Below are positions 1 through 9,338 of a stretch of DNA of 64,000 nucleotides, one piece after another; the first letter of the stretch is position 1; every line of letters begins with the position of its first letter. The notes beneath the pieces are model-generated. The model did no database searches. It saw only the letters and a program-made list of their open reading frames with translations, and was not told where the DNA came from. The DNA lies in the NCBI GenBank assembly GCA_044229975.1, contig JBGARZ010000018.1, positions 111,482 to 175,481 of the forward strand, given 5' to 3'. A program made the translations under genes and the position numbers. The stretch comes from Polyangiales bacterium. Its GTDB lineage: Bacteria > Myxococcota_A > Polyangia > Polyangiales > Ga0077539.

Positions 1-22
1 GCTGCTGCAGTCCGGTCGGGAG

Positions 23-787
23 GTGGTCTGGGAGGCCGTCGACCCGCCGCGCGGTGCACGTCGGCGCGAGGCTGCATCGTCGAGCGACACGCGGGTGCGC
101 GACGACACCTACGTCCAGGTCTCGCCGCTCGCGCTCTCGGAGGAGATCATCGAGCGCCTGGAAGACGTGCGACGACGCCTCTCCGCGGCGAAGGGCACGA
201 AGGTCTCGACGGTGAAGGCGCTGCGCGAGTCGCTGGTCCGGGGCCTCGCCGCGCGGGAGCAGGCCCACGCGGGCGTCGAGGCTCTGCTCCTGAAGTACCC
301 GCGGGAGTTCGGCGCGCTCGGCTTCGGCTCGGCGGCACAGGTCACCGTGGTCGCATCGGGCGTGACTCAGCGCTACGCCCAGCCCGCGGGGAAGGCCAAT
401 CCGTGGGGCCGCCCAACTCGCGCGGCTTCCAAGCGCAAGGCGACCCCTGCCCCCAAGGTCGCCACGAGGTCGACGACGACGGCGCGCCCCCGGTCACGCG
501 GTCATCACCAACAAGCCGCCGTCCGCAAGGTGCCGTCTGGAGACGATGACGATGGCGGAGGCGACGGTGAACCACCACCCGCGCGGCGACCGCCCGCACA
601 GGCCCCCACAACTGAGACAGCGAGCATCGCGAGCGCGACGCCGCCCGCGCGAGAGCCTCGGCTGGCGGATCTGGCGTGGCGGGCGAAGGCCCAGAGCGCC
701 CTGGCTCGGCTCTTCCTGGCCACTGTCGGCCGACCGCAGCAACAGCCTCTTCGAGGCCCCGTGACCCCAGACCGAGGCAGGCAATGA
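23..787 (+). CDS. Hypothetical protein of the integrated element (possible N-terminal ribbon-helix-helix-like segment, low-complexity C-terminus)
   Basis: Stop TGA (785-787) overlaps the recombinase ATG (784-786). The segment VQVSPLALSEEIIERLEDVRRRL looks like strand-helix-helix. Start is uncertain. Confidence 0.45.
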   Translation: MVWEAVDPPRGARRREAASSSDTRVRDDTYVQVSPLALSEEIIERLEDVRRRLSAAKGTKVSTVKALRESLVRGLAAREQAHAGVEALLLKYPREFGALGFGSAAQVTVVASGVTQRYAQPAGKANPWGRPTRAASKRKATPAPKVATRSTTTARPRSRGHHQQAAVRKVPSGDDDDGGGDGEPPPARRPPAQAPTTETASIASATPPAREPRLADLAWRAKAQSALARLFLATVGRPQQQPLRGPVTPDRGRQ

Positions 788-2382
788 AGGTGGCGATCTA
801 CGTCCGCGTCTCGACCGACGAGCAGGCCCACAGCGCGGGGGCCCAGGAGGCCGGCGCGAGGGCCTGGGCCGAGGCACGTAGGCACACCGTCGTCGCCGTG
901 TACCGCGACATCGGCCAGTCGGGCGCCGAGTGGGTGCGCCGACGCGGCATCCTCGACGTGCAGCTCGACGTCACCCGTACGCCGCGACCGTGGGACGCGC
1001 TCGTCGTCCGCGATCTCGACCGCCTCGGACGCGACCAGGTCCGACTGCCCCTGCTGCTCTCCACCCTGGGTGACCACGATGCGAAGGTCATCGAGTGGTC
1101 CGTCGATCGCGTCGTCGAGCTCGACGCGGTGGGAATGATGATCGCGTCCATGCGCTCGGGCATCGCGGCGATCGAGCGGGAGAACATCGCCCACCGCACG
1201 CGCACCGCGCTCCGCCAGAAGGCCGAGCGCGGCCTGAACGTCGGCGGCATCGCCTACGGCTACCGCCACGTCCGGTCCCCAGACGGGGTGCGCGACGTCA
1301 TCGACGAGGTCGAGGCCGGGGTGGTGCGCGAGGTGTTCGAGCGCGCCGCGAGCGGCCAGAGCGTACGCGTCATCGCCCACGACCTGAACCTTCGGGGCGT
1401 CCCCTCCCCTCGCGCCGGCAAGCGCGGCACCGGCACCTGGGCGCCGTCGGCGCTCTGGGTGATCGTACGCAACCCGCGCTACCGGGGGTTGATCGTGTGG
1501 GGCGCGGTCGGGTCGAAGTACAAGGGTGGCTCTCGAGTCACGATCGACCGGCCGGACGCCGTGGAAAGGGTCGATCCCTCCCTCGCCATCGTGAGCACCG
1601 ACCTGTGGCAGCGAGCGCAGTCGGAGGCTGACCCTGCACGGGTCGCCGCCGGGCGAGCGATCAAGCGCGGCGCCACGCCGAGGCATCTGCTGATTGGGCT
1701 CGCCGTCTGTGATCGGTGCGGCGGCCCCATTGGAAGCGCGCGACAACTGGCTGGCGGCGTGAGCGTTCCGGCGTACTGCTGCCTCTGGCACCGCGACCGC
1801 GGCGACGCGGTCTGCCCGGTGGGCTTCTGCCGCGTCGCGGAGCGGCTCGACCGGGTTCTGCTCGACTGGCTCGTCACGGAGGTACTGGACGCCGAGCTGA
1901 TCGCCGGAGCGGTCGCCGAAGCCCGCCGGATGGCGCTTGCGACGGAGCCCGATACTCGCCTCGAACAACTGCGCGCCGAGGAGCGGGAGCACGTGCTGGC
2001 AGTGTCGCGCCTCACGACCGCCATCGAGATCGGGGCGGGCGAGGTATCGGAGATCGCCACCCGGCTGGCCCAGCGCTCGAAGCAGTTGGCAGAGGTGCGG
2101 TCAGCCCTGGCCCGTGAGACCATGACGTCGTCGGAGATTCCGATCGACCTCGAGGCCCGGTTGGGCGCGGCAGCTAGAAATGTGAGGGAGGTGATGACGG
2201 CTGAGCCCGCCCAGGCGCGTGGAGTCCTGGAAGCCGTTCTCGTCGGCCGCGTGCGAGTGTCGCAGCCGGTGAAGCGCGGTCCCGTATGGCTGACTGCCGA
2301 AGCAGTCCCCGGGATGCTGCTCGCCTCTCAGGAGCAGCACCCCGGGCATACGGGGTATGTGGGTGACCCTAACGGGATTTGA
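784..2382 (+). CDS. Large serine recombinase (resolvase + recombinase + Zn-ribbon + coiled coil)
   Basis: MKVAIYVRVSTDEQ with catalytic Ser; DLDRLGRD; AYGY and IVRNPRYRG recombinase-domain motifs; CDRCG...YCC...C zinc ribbon. Start set to ATG 784. Confidence 0.93.
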   Translation: MKVAIYVRVSTDEQAHSAGAQEAGARAWAEARRHTVVAVYRDIGQSGAEWVRRRGILDVQLDVTRTPRPWDALVVRDLDRLGRDQVRLPLLLSTLGDHDAKVIEWSVDRVVELDAVGMMIASMRSGIAAIERENIAHRTRTALRQKAERGLNVGGIAYGYRHVRSPDGVRDVIDEVEAGVVREVFERAASGQSVRVIAHDLNLRGVPSPRAGKRGTGTWAPSALWVIVRNPRYRGLIVWGAVGSKYKGGSRVTIDRPDAVERVDPSLAIVSTDLWQRAQSEADPARVAAGRAIKRGATPRHLLIGLAVCDRCGGPIGSARQLAGGVSVPAYCCLWHRDRGDAVCPVGFCRVAERLDRVLLDWLVTEVLDAELIAGAVAEARRMALATEPDTRLEQLRAEEREHVLAVSRLTTAIEIGAGEVSEIATRLAQRSKQLAEVRSALARETMTSSEIPIDLEARLGAAARNVREVMTAEPAQARGVLEAVLVGRVRVSQPVKRGPVWLTAEAVPGMLLASQEQHPGHTGYVGDPNGI

Positions 2383-2435
2383 ACCCGTATTACCGACGTG
2401 AGAGGCCGATGTCCTAACCGTTAGACGATAGGGCC
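2364..2435 (-). tRNA. tRNA-Glu (anticodon CTC), CCA not encoded
   Basis: Reverse complement GGCCCTA-TCGTCTAACGGTTAGGAC-A-TCGGC-CTCTCAC-GTCGG-TAAT-ACGGG-TTCAAAT-CCCGT-TAGGGTC-A folds as a cloverleaf; it is followed by CCCA. Confidence 0.95.
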
Positions 2436-2443
2436 GAGAGAAC

Positions 2444-2517
<74 letters not shown>

Positions 2518-2546
2518 AGAGTGCATCTCGCCGGAGCGGGACTGGC

Positions 2547-2575
2547 GATGTACTCGGGTCCTTCTTCGACGTCAA
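2547..2575 (-). promoter_or_regulatory. Candidate sigma70-type promoter of the tRNA pair
   Basis: TTGACG-N17-TACATC on the minus strand, about 30 nt upstream of tRNA-Gln; the -10 match is imperfect. Confidence 0.4.
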
Positions 2576-2594
2576 CAACCTTTTCCAACATTTC

Positions 2595-3491
2595 TCAATG
2601 CGGCGCGGCGGCGGCTCTTCGCGGCGCACCGACGGCCGTACGGATGTAGCGCTCCAGCGCATCCAAGCGCGGGTGGGGGTCGCCCGGTCGTCGCGCTGGC
2701 TCGTTGAGCAGCGCCACCCCGTGCGCGTCGCTGCCCGCGATCCGCAGGCGCTCGATGGCGATGGTCGGCGCGCCGGTGGTCAGCGCGGTCGGAGACGTGG
2801 TGGCCAGCGTCGTCAGCGCCTGCGCGCTCTCCACGTCGCCCTCCCCTGCCATCATCCACAACGTCCGCGGCGGAAAGGTCCGGAGCGCCACGTACCGGTC
2901 CATCGGGTCGCGAATGTCGACGCCGTGGTAGTCGACGCCCGGCGAGATCATCGCGAGCCCCACGACCCTCGCTTCGTCGGCGAGCCCCGCCACCGCGGCC
3001 GACGCCCCGATGCTCGACCCCACCACCACCAGCGAGCGCACGCGGCCCTGCTCGAAGAGGTACTGCGCCGCCGCCTGCGCATCCCGCGCGAGTCCGTTCC
3101 AGAGCGCCTGATCTTCGCCGAAGCTCTCCCAGGTCTGCCGCGTCGACTCCGGGCCGTGCGTCACGCTCTCGCCGTGCCCCCGCAGGTCGATGGCCAGCAC
3201 GGTGACGGCGGGCGGCTGCTGCAACCGCTCCACGAGCATGCCCCACTCCGACCGGTTGGAGCCGAGCTGATGCAGCAGCAGCACGGCTCCCTGCGATCCG
3301 GAGGCGCCCAGCCAGAGGGTCCCGACCCCACGCCAGCCGTCGGAGGTCTGCGGCATCGGCGTCGTCACCGGGCGGGGCGGCACCGCGGCGACCACGCCGG
3401 CGTCCGGGGCGCGCTTGCGAAAACGATCGCATCCACTGAGCAGCACCGCGGCGACCATCACCCCCGCCAGGACCCGCACCGCGCTTCGCAT
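2595..3491 (-). CDS. Alpha/beta-hydrolase fold lipoprotein
   Basis: Lipobox LSGC; LLLHQLG; IDLRGHGES; nucleophile elbow GSSIG; later Asp (GEGD) and His (AHG). Confidence 0.85.
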   Translation of the reverse strand: MRSAVRVLAGVMVAAVLLSGCDRFRKRAPDAGVVAAVPPRPVTTPMPQTSDGWRGVGTLWLGASGSQGAVLLLHQLGSNRSEWGMLVERLQQPPAVTVLAIDLRGHGESVTHGPESTRQTWESFGEDQALWNGLARDAQAAAQYLFEQGRVRSLVVVGSSIGASAAVAGLADEARVVGLAMISPGVDYHGVDIRDPMDRYVALRTFPPRTLWMMAGEGDVESAQALTTLATTSPTALTTGAPTIAIERLRIAGSDAHGVALLNEPARRPGDPHPRLDALERYIRTAVGAPRRAAAAPH

Positions 3492-3559
3492 GGCGCGCAC
3501 TCTACCCTCGCGACCGATGGCTTGCGACCGCGCGTTCGGCGGCCCTATCGTTCGCCGCG

Positions 3560-4294
3560 ATGAACCGTACCGCCGCGGCCCTGGTGATCGGCAACGAGAT
3601 CCTCAGCGGCAAGGTGCACGAAAGCAACACGCTCACCCTCGCCCGCGCGCTGCGCCCGCTCGGCATCGAGCTGCGGCGCATCGTGGTGATCCCCGACGAG
3701 GTCGAGCTCATCGCCGCGGAGGTCAACCAGCTCCGCCTCGCGCACGACTTCCTCTTCACCTCCGGCGGCGTCGGCCCCACCCACGACGACGTCACCGTCG
3801 AGGGCATCGCGCTCGGTCTCGGCCGCCGCGTCGTGCGCAGCCCGGTGGTGGAGGCGCTCCTGCGCGAGCACTACGGCGAGCGGCTCACCGAAGGTCACCT
3901 CCACATGGCCGACGTCGTCGAAGGCACCGAGCTCTACCCGGGCTCCTCCCCCGCGTGGCCGACGATGGTGGTGGGCAACATCTTCGTGCTGCCCGGCGTG
4001 CCGCAGATCTTCGCGCACAAGCTGGAGGGCCTGCTCCCGCGCCTGCGCGGAGCCGATGCGCCCTTCGTCCTCCACAGCGTCTACTGCGGCATCGACGAGG
4101 GCCCGCTCAAGCCGTACCTCGACGCGGTGGTCGCGCGCTTCGCGGACATCTCCGTCGGCAGCTACCCCCGCTGGGACGAAGGCGATCATCGCGTGCGCGT
4201 CACCTTCGACGGGCGCGACGCCGAGCGCGTCGTGGCGGCGCAGTCCTTCTTCGCGACGAGCCTGCCCCCCGAGTGGCTCCTCCGCAGCGAGTGA
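3560..4294 (+). CDS. CinA N-terminal-like molybdopterin-binding-domain protein
   Basis: IGNEILSG, TSGGVGPTHDDVT and LPGVP motifs; no C-terminal CinA deamidase domain. Confidence 0.88.
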   Translation: MNRTAAALVIGNEILSGKVHESNTLTLARALRPLGIELRRIVVIPDEVELIAAEVNQLRLAHDFLFTSGGVGPTHDDVTVEGIALGLGRRVVRSPVVEALLREHYGERLTEGHLHMADVVEGTELYPGSSPAWPTMVVGNIFVLPGVPQIFAHKLEGLLPRLRGADAPFVLHSVYCGIDEGPLKPYLDAVVARFADISVGSYPRWDEGDHRVRVTFDGRDAERVVAAQSFFATSLPPEWLLRSE

Positions 4295-4349
4295 CACCCG
4301 TCGGCGACCGCGGCTGACGACCCGTGAAGTTGTGGTAGGAGTCTCGCCC

Positions 4350-4871
4350 ATGAAGCGAGCCGTCCTCGTCTCCCTCCTCGCCGTCGTCGGTTGCATCCGT
4401 CAGCCCCCGCAGAACAGCGCCGCGCCGCAGGTGCAGCCCGAGGCGCACGCCGCGCACGACCCGCACTCCACCAACGCGCCCCTCGCCGCGCCGCTGCCCT
4501 CGACCGCCGCTGCCGCCGCGTCGCACTTCGGCGCGCCGCTCACGGTGACGCAGCCCACGTCGCTCGCGGCCATCGTCGCGACGCCGCAGCCCTACAACGG
4601 CCAGACCGTCCGCGTCGACGGAACGGTCGCCGCCGTCTGCCAGGCCCGCGGCTGCTGGATGCAGCTCACCGACGCCGATCAGCGCGTGCACATCCGCATG
4701 CACGGTCACTCGTTCTTCATCCCGCGCAACGCAACGGGTCACCACGCTCGCGTGCAGGGCACGGTCATCGCGGCCAACGCCGAGGGTCACTGCGAGTCCG
4801 AGGCGGCCGAGCAGACGGGTCAGCCGGTCGCGCGCCTGGAGCTCGACGCGACCGGCATCGAGCTCGACTGA
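4350..4871 (+). CDS. DUF4920-like lipoprotein
   Basis: Lipoprotein signal (VVGC); VCQARGCWM and FFIP motifs; ATG 4350 follows AGGAG. Confidence 0.75.
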   Translation: MKRAVLVSLLAVVGCIRQPPQNSAAPQVQPEAHAAHDPHSTNAPLAAPLPSTAAAAASHFGAPLTVTQPTSLAAIVATPQPYNGQTVRVDGTVAAVCQARGCWMQLTDADQRVHIRMHGHSFFIPRNATGHHARVQGTVIAANAEGHCESEAAEQTGQPVARLELDATGIELD

Positions 4872-4872
4872 A

Positions 4873-6258
4873 TCAGCGCAGCGGGTTCCATCCACCGACG
4901 CCGGCCACGAGGTTGTCGGCCTCGGTCGGGCCCCACGAACCCGGCTCGTACTCGTACACCGGCCCCGTCGGGTGCAGCACCGGCTCGACGATCGACCACG
5001 CCGCCTCGACCACATCCTGCCGCGCGAAGAGCGTCGCCTCGCCCGCCATCGCGTCGCCCAACAATCGCTCGTAGGCGTCCATGCGACCGCCCGCTCCCTG
5101 CGCGGGCTCCTCGACCATGGCGAGCTCGACGTTTTCGCCGACCATCTCCTCGCCGTGCTTCTTCACCCTCGCCCCGATGGCGATGGAGACGTTGGGACTC
5201 AACCGGAAGCGCACGACGTTGCCCATGCTCGGCGCCTTCTCGTTGAAGACCACCTGCGGCGGGTTCTTGAGCTCCACGGTGACCTCGGTGCAGTTGGCCG
5301 CGAGCCCCTTGCCCGCGCGCACATAGAAGGGAACGCCGTCCCATCGCCACGAGTCCACGAAGAGCTGGAGCACCGCGTAGGTGGGCACCTGCGAGTCGGG
5401 CGCGACGCCGGGCTCGTCGCGGTAGCCCTTGAACTGCCCGCGAACGATGTGGTCCTCGGACATCGGGCGCACCGTGCGGAGCACCTTGGCCTGCTCGTCG
5501 CGGATGGCCTCGGAGTACGTCGACGACGGCGCCTCCATGGTCAGGTAGCTGACGATCTGGAGCAGGTGGTTCTGCATCACGTCGCGGATGACGCCGGTCT
5601 CCTCGTAGAACTTCCCGCGCCCCTTCACGCCGAAGCTCTCGGCCATGGTGATCTGCACGTTCTCGACGTACTGGCGGTTCCAGACGGGTTCTAGGAAGGC
5701 GTTGGCGAAGCGGAAGTACAAGATGTTCTGCACCGCCTCTTTGCCCAGGTAGTGGTCGATGCGGAAGATCGACGACTCGGGAAACACCTTCCGCAGCGTC
5801 TCGTTGAGGCTGCGCGCCGACGCGAGGTCACGACCGAAGGGCTTCTCCACGATCACGCGCCCGTGGTCGGCGCACCCGGCGGCGGCGAGGTTCTCCACCA
5901 CCAGCGGAAACATGCTCGGCGGGATGGCGAGGTAGTGGGCCGGTCGCAGCGCACCGCCCATGGCTGCGCGCAGTCGCGCGAAGGTGTCGGGGTCCGCGTA
6001 GTCACCGTCGACGTAGCGCAAGAGCGACACGAGCCTGGGGAAGGCTTCGGGGTCGAGGCCGCCGTACTCGGTGACGCTGGCCCTTGCGCGCTCGATGAAC
6101 TGTTCGAGGTTCCACCCCGACTTGGCGACGCCGACGATGGGCACATCGAGCCGGCCGCGGCGCACCATCGACTGGAGCGCGGGGAAGATCTTCTTGTAGG
6201 CGAGGTCACCCGTCGCCCCGAAGAAGATCAGGGCGTCCGAGCGGTGCTTGTCACTCAC
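4873..6258 (-). CDS. zwf: Glucose-6-phosphate 1-dehydrogenase
   Basis: [30 protein letters not shown]. Confidence 0.97.
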   Translation of the reverse strand: MSDKHRSDALIFFGATGDLAYKKIFPALQSMVRRGRLDVPIVGVAKSGWNLEQFIERARASVTEYGGLDPEAFPRLVSLLRYVDGDYADPDTFARLRAAMGGALRPAHYLAIPPSMFPLVVENLAAAGCADHGRVIVEKPFGRDLASARSLNETLRKVFPESSIFRIDHYLGKEAVQNILYFRFANAFLEPVWNRQYVENVQITMAESFGVKGRGKFYEETGVIRDVMQNHLLQIVSYLTMEAPSSTYSEAIRDEQAKVLRTVRPMSEDHIVRGQFKGYRDEPGVAPDSQVPTYAVLQLFVDSWRWDGVPFYVRAGKGLAANCTEVTVELKNPPQVVFNEKAPSMGNVVRFRLSPNVSIAIGARVKKHGEEMVGENVELAMVEEPAQGAGGRMDAYERLLGDAMAGEATLFARQDVVEAAWSIVEPVLHPTGPVYEYEPGSWGPTEADNLVAGVGGWNPLR

Positions 6259-6332
6259 GTTGCTGGGCTCCTCGTCACGCGGGCGTTGTCACCCGACGGG
6301 ACCGCGCGCGACGAGGAAGAGGGTCGCGGCGT

Positions 6333-8222
6333 CTACGCCTTGATGTCGCGCTTAATGTGCAGCTCCGCAAGCTGCGAGTCGGCGACGGCGTTGGGCGCGT
6401 CGGTCATGAGGTCGACCGCGCGCTGGGTCTTCGGGAAGGCCACCACGTCGCGGATGCTCTCGGCCCCGGAGAACAACATACAGACCCGGTCCCACCCGAT
6501 GGCGATGCCGCCGTGCGGGGGCGCGCCGAACTTCAGCGCGTCGAGCAGGAACCCGAACTTCGTCCGGGCTTCGTCGTCGGCGATGCCGAGCGCGCGGAAG
6601 ACCTTGGCCTGCACCTCGGGGTCGTGGAGGCGCACCGATCCGCCCGCGATCTCGAAGCCGTTGAGCACGAGGTCGTAGCGGTGGCAGAGCACCTTGCCCT
6701 GGTCGTTTTCCAGGTACTGCACGCAGTCGTCGTGGGGGCGCGTGAAGGCGTGGTGCGCGGCGGCCCACTTCCCGGTGTCCTCATCGAACTCGAAGAGGGG
6801 CGGGTCGACGACCCAGAGGAAGTTCCAGTCGTTGTTGGTGCCGTACTCGGGGATGAGCTTGAGCTTGCGCCCGAGGTGCAGGCGAAGGTTCGCCATCACC
6901 GTGTGCACCATGGAGGTCGCGCCCGACTGGAAGAGCAGCAGGTCGCCCGGCTTCGCTCCCGTCGCCGCGTGCACCGCCGCGCGGAACTCCGGCGTCGCCA
7001 CCTTCGCCCACGCCGACTGCGCCCACGTCCCGTCCTCGGCGACGCGCGCGCGAGCCAGGCCACCAGCGCCCATGCCCTTGCAGAACTCTTCGAGCTTGTC
7101 GACGTCGGCGCGCGACAGCGTGGCGCTCGCCGGCACCACCATCGCCTTCACGATGCGGCGCGGAACGTCCCGGCGGTCTTCACCCTTCGCATAGGCCTCG
7201 GCAATCTCGGCGAGCATGGGTACGCCGCCACCGTTCTGCTCGATGACGAGCCCGGTGAGATCGGTGTGTGGCAGACCGAAGCGGAGGTCGGGCTTGTCGT
7301 TGCCGTACTTCTCCATGGCTTCGTCGAAGCGCATGCGGGGAAACTTCCCCTCGGTGTAGCGGTCGCGCAGGTCGGTGCCGAAGACGGCCTTCCACACCGA
7401 GAACAGCAGTCCCTCCACGATGGTGAAGATGTCGTCCTGCGTGACGAACGACATCTCGATGTCCACCTGTGTGAACTCGAGCTGCCGGTCGACGCGGAGG
7501 TCTTCGTCGCGGAAGCAGCGGGTGATCTGGAAGTACCGATCGAAGCCCGCGACCATGTAGAGCTGCTTGAAGAGCTGCGGGCTCTCGGCGAGCGCGTAGA
7601 ACTTCCCCGGGTGCACGCGCGACGGCACGAGGAAGTTGCGCGCCCCACCCGGCGTGTACTTCACGAGCACCGGCGTCTCGAGTTCGAGGAAGCCGTTGTC
7701 GTCGAGGAAGCGACGCGCGGTCTGGTTCATCTTCGAGCGCGTGCGGAGCGTGCGCTGGAGCTTCGGGCGGCGCAGGTCGAGGTAGCGATACGCGAGCCGC
7801 TTCTCCTCGTTGGTGTTGACGTCGTCCTCGATCTCGAAGGGCGGCGTCTCGGACTTGTTGAACACCACGACCTCGTGCACGAGCACCTCGACCTCGCCCG
7901 TCGCCATCGACGGGTTGTGCATCGAGATGTCCTTGCCGAGCTTCTTGGAGAACTGCATCCCGCGGTCGCGCACGACGCCGCGGATGCCGACGACCCACTC
8001 GCTCTTGAGCGTCGACGCGACGGCGGTCGCCTCGGGGTGCGCCTCGGGGTTGAAGACAAGCTGCGTGATGCCGTCGCGGTCGCGGAGATCGACGAAACGG
8101 AAGGCCCCGAAGTCTCGGGAGGTCTGCACCCACCCGAACAACACCACCTCGCTGCCGATGTCCTTCGCGCGGATTCCTCCGCACGAATGCGTACGCTTCA
8201 ACTCGTCGATGAACCTGGCCAC
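6333..8222 (-). CDS. aspS: Aspartate--tRNA ligase
   Basis: RTHSCG, YRYLDLRR, CFRDEDLR, GGSVR, GAPPHGGIA, AFPKT. Start set to GTG 8222 after AAGGAG. Confidence 0.96.
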   Translation of the reverse strand: MARFIDELKRTHSCGGIRAKDIGSEVVLFGWVQTSRDFGAFRFVDLRDRDGITQLVFNPEAHPEATAVASTLKSEWVVGIRGVVRDRGMQFSKKLGKDISMHNPSMATGEVEVLVHEVVVFNKSETPPFEIEDDVNTNEEKRLAYRYLDLRRPKLQRTLRTRSKMNQTARRFLDDNGFLELETPVLVKYTPGGARNFLVPSRVHPGKFYALAESPQLFKQLYMVAGFDRYFQITRCFRDEDLRVDRQLEFTQVDIEMSFVTQDDIFTIVEGLLFSVWKAVFGTDLRDRYTEGKFPRMRFDEAMEKYGNDKPDLRFGLPHTDLTGLVIEQNGGGVPMLAEIAEAYAKGEDRRDVPRRIVKAMVVPASATLSRADVDKLEEFCKGMGAGGLARARVAEDGTWAQSAWAKVATPEFRAAVHAATGAKPGDLLLFQSGATSMVHTVMANLRLHLGRKLKLIPEYGTNNDWNFLWVVDPPLFEFDEDTGKWAAAHHAFTRPHDDCVQYLENDQGKVLCHRYDLVLNGFEIAGGSVRLHDPEVQAKVFRALGIADDEARTKFGFLLDALKFGAPPHGGIAIGWDRVCMLFSGAESIRDVVAFPKTQRAVDLMTDAPNAVADSQLAELHIKRDIKA

Positions 8223-8279
8223 AACGGTCTCCTTCAGCCCGCCGCAGCCGTGCGGCGGGGGCCGCGGACCATACACCAT

Positions 8280-9338
8280 TCAACCGAGGGTCGAGTCACC
8301 CAGGGTCAGCACCGGTCCCGCGAGCGGCAGCTCCAGGGTGAAGCGCGTGCCCTCCGCGCCCGTGTCGACGGTCATCGTTCCCTGGTGTTCGGTGACGATG
8401 CGGTACGCGATGGCGAGCCCGAGGCCGGTACCCCCGCGGCCCTGTCGCGTCGTCACGTAGGGCTCGTAGAGCCGCGCCATCACCGACTCCGCGATGCCCG
8501 CACCGTTGTCGGCGACGGTGATCTTGATGGTGCGCTCGCCGGGATACTGCGCTGCGACCTTCACCCACCCGGCGCCTCGCGAAGGGTCGTGGGTCGCGCG
8601 CTCCTCGGCGGCGAAGACCGCGTTGCCCACGAGGTTGATGAGCACCTGCGTGATCTGGTCTCGATCGGCGCGAAGCGACGGCAGATCGTCGGGCGCGTCG
8701 CACGTCACGGTCGCCGACGACGATCGGTGGAGGTCCGTCGCGTGGTGCAGCAGCTCGGCGACGTCGACGGGCTCGGGTCGCGGCCGGGGCATGCGTGCAA
8801 ACTGCGAAAACGCGTCGAGCAACCGACGCAGCCGCTCGACCTCTTCGAGCACGATGCCTGTCTCCTCGTCGAACAGTCGTTCGAAGAGGTCGCGGTCGCG
8901 GGCGCGAGCCTTGCGAAGGTTCTCGACGCCGAGGCGGATGGGCGTGAGCGGGTTCTTGATCTCGTGGGCCATCTGCCGCGCGATGTCCCTCCAGGCCGCG
9001 AGGCGCTCGGCGCGGCGCGAACGCTTCTCCGCGACAGCGAGCGCGTCGGTCATGCGGTTGAAGGCGACCACGAGGCGTTGTGAGTCGGCGTCGCCGTCGT
9101 CGTCGAGGGCGACGTGCACGCGCCGCTCGCCCTGGGCCACGCGCTCGGCGGCCTCGGCGAAGGGCGCGAGCGCGGAGGGTCGGCGACGGAAGAGCACCCA
9201 CGCGAGGGCGAGCACGCAGACGAGCGAACCCGCGAAGGCGGGCAGCACGTAGCCGCCCTCCAGCGTCGCGATGAACACCGCCCCCACCGCCGGCAGGATG
9301 GCGATGGCCAGCGCGAGGGCGCGTCCGCTCGCCGTCAC
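8280..9338 (-). CDS. Membrane sensor histidine kinase (2 TM, HAMP, HisKA, HATPase; NtrY-like)
   Basis: H-box AWRDIARQMAHEIKNPLTPI; N-box NLVGNA; DNGAG; GTGLGL. Confidence 0.92.
   Translation of the reverse strand: MTASGRALALAIAILPAVGAVFIATLEGGYVLPAFAGSLVCVLALAWVLFRRRPSALAPFAEAAERVAQGERRVHVALDDDGDADSQRLVVAFNRMTDALAVAEKRSRRAERLAAWRDIARQMAHEIKNPLTPIRLGVENLRKARARDRDLFERLFDEETGIVLEEVERLRRLLDAFSQFARMPRPRPEPVDVAELLHHATDLHRSSSATVTCDAPDDLPSLRADRDQITQVLINLVGNAVFAAEERATHDPSRGAGWVKVAAQYPGERTIKITVADNGAGIAESVMARLYEPYVTTRQGRGGTGLGLAIAYRIVTEHQGTMTVDTGAEGTRFTLELPLAGPVLTLGDSTLG

Larger units (their letters stand above)
1..2382. mobile_element. Right flank of an integrative element (prophage, island or ICE) inserted at tRNA-Glu; continues left of the window
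   Basis: A large serine recombinase abuts and overlaps the 3' end of a tRNA gene. The other boundary is not visible. Confidence 0.65.

Noticed and set aside
6357..9083. 908-aa plus-strand ORF and many other long overlapping ORFs (e.g. 15214-17664, 28327-30819, 35553-38468, 46110-48641)
   Set aside because: Antisense or off-frame shadows of well-supported genes. Stop codons are scarce in high-GC DNA, and the translations are Arg/Gly/Ala-rich with no motifs.
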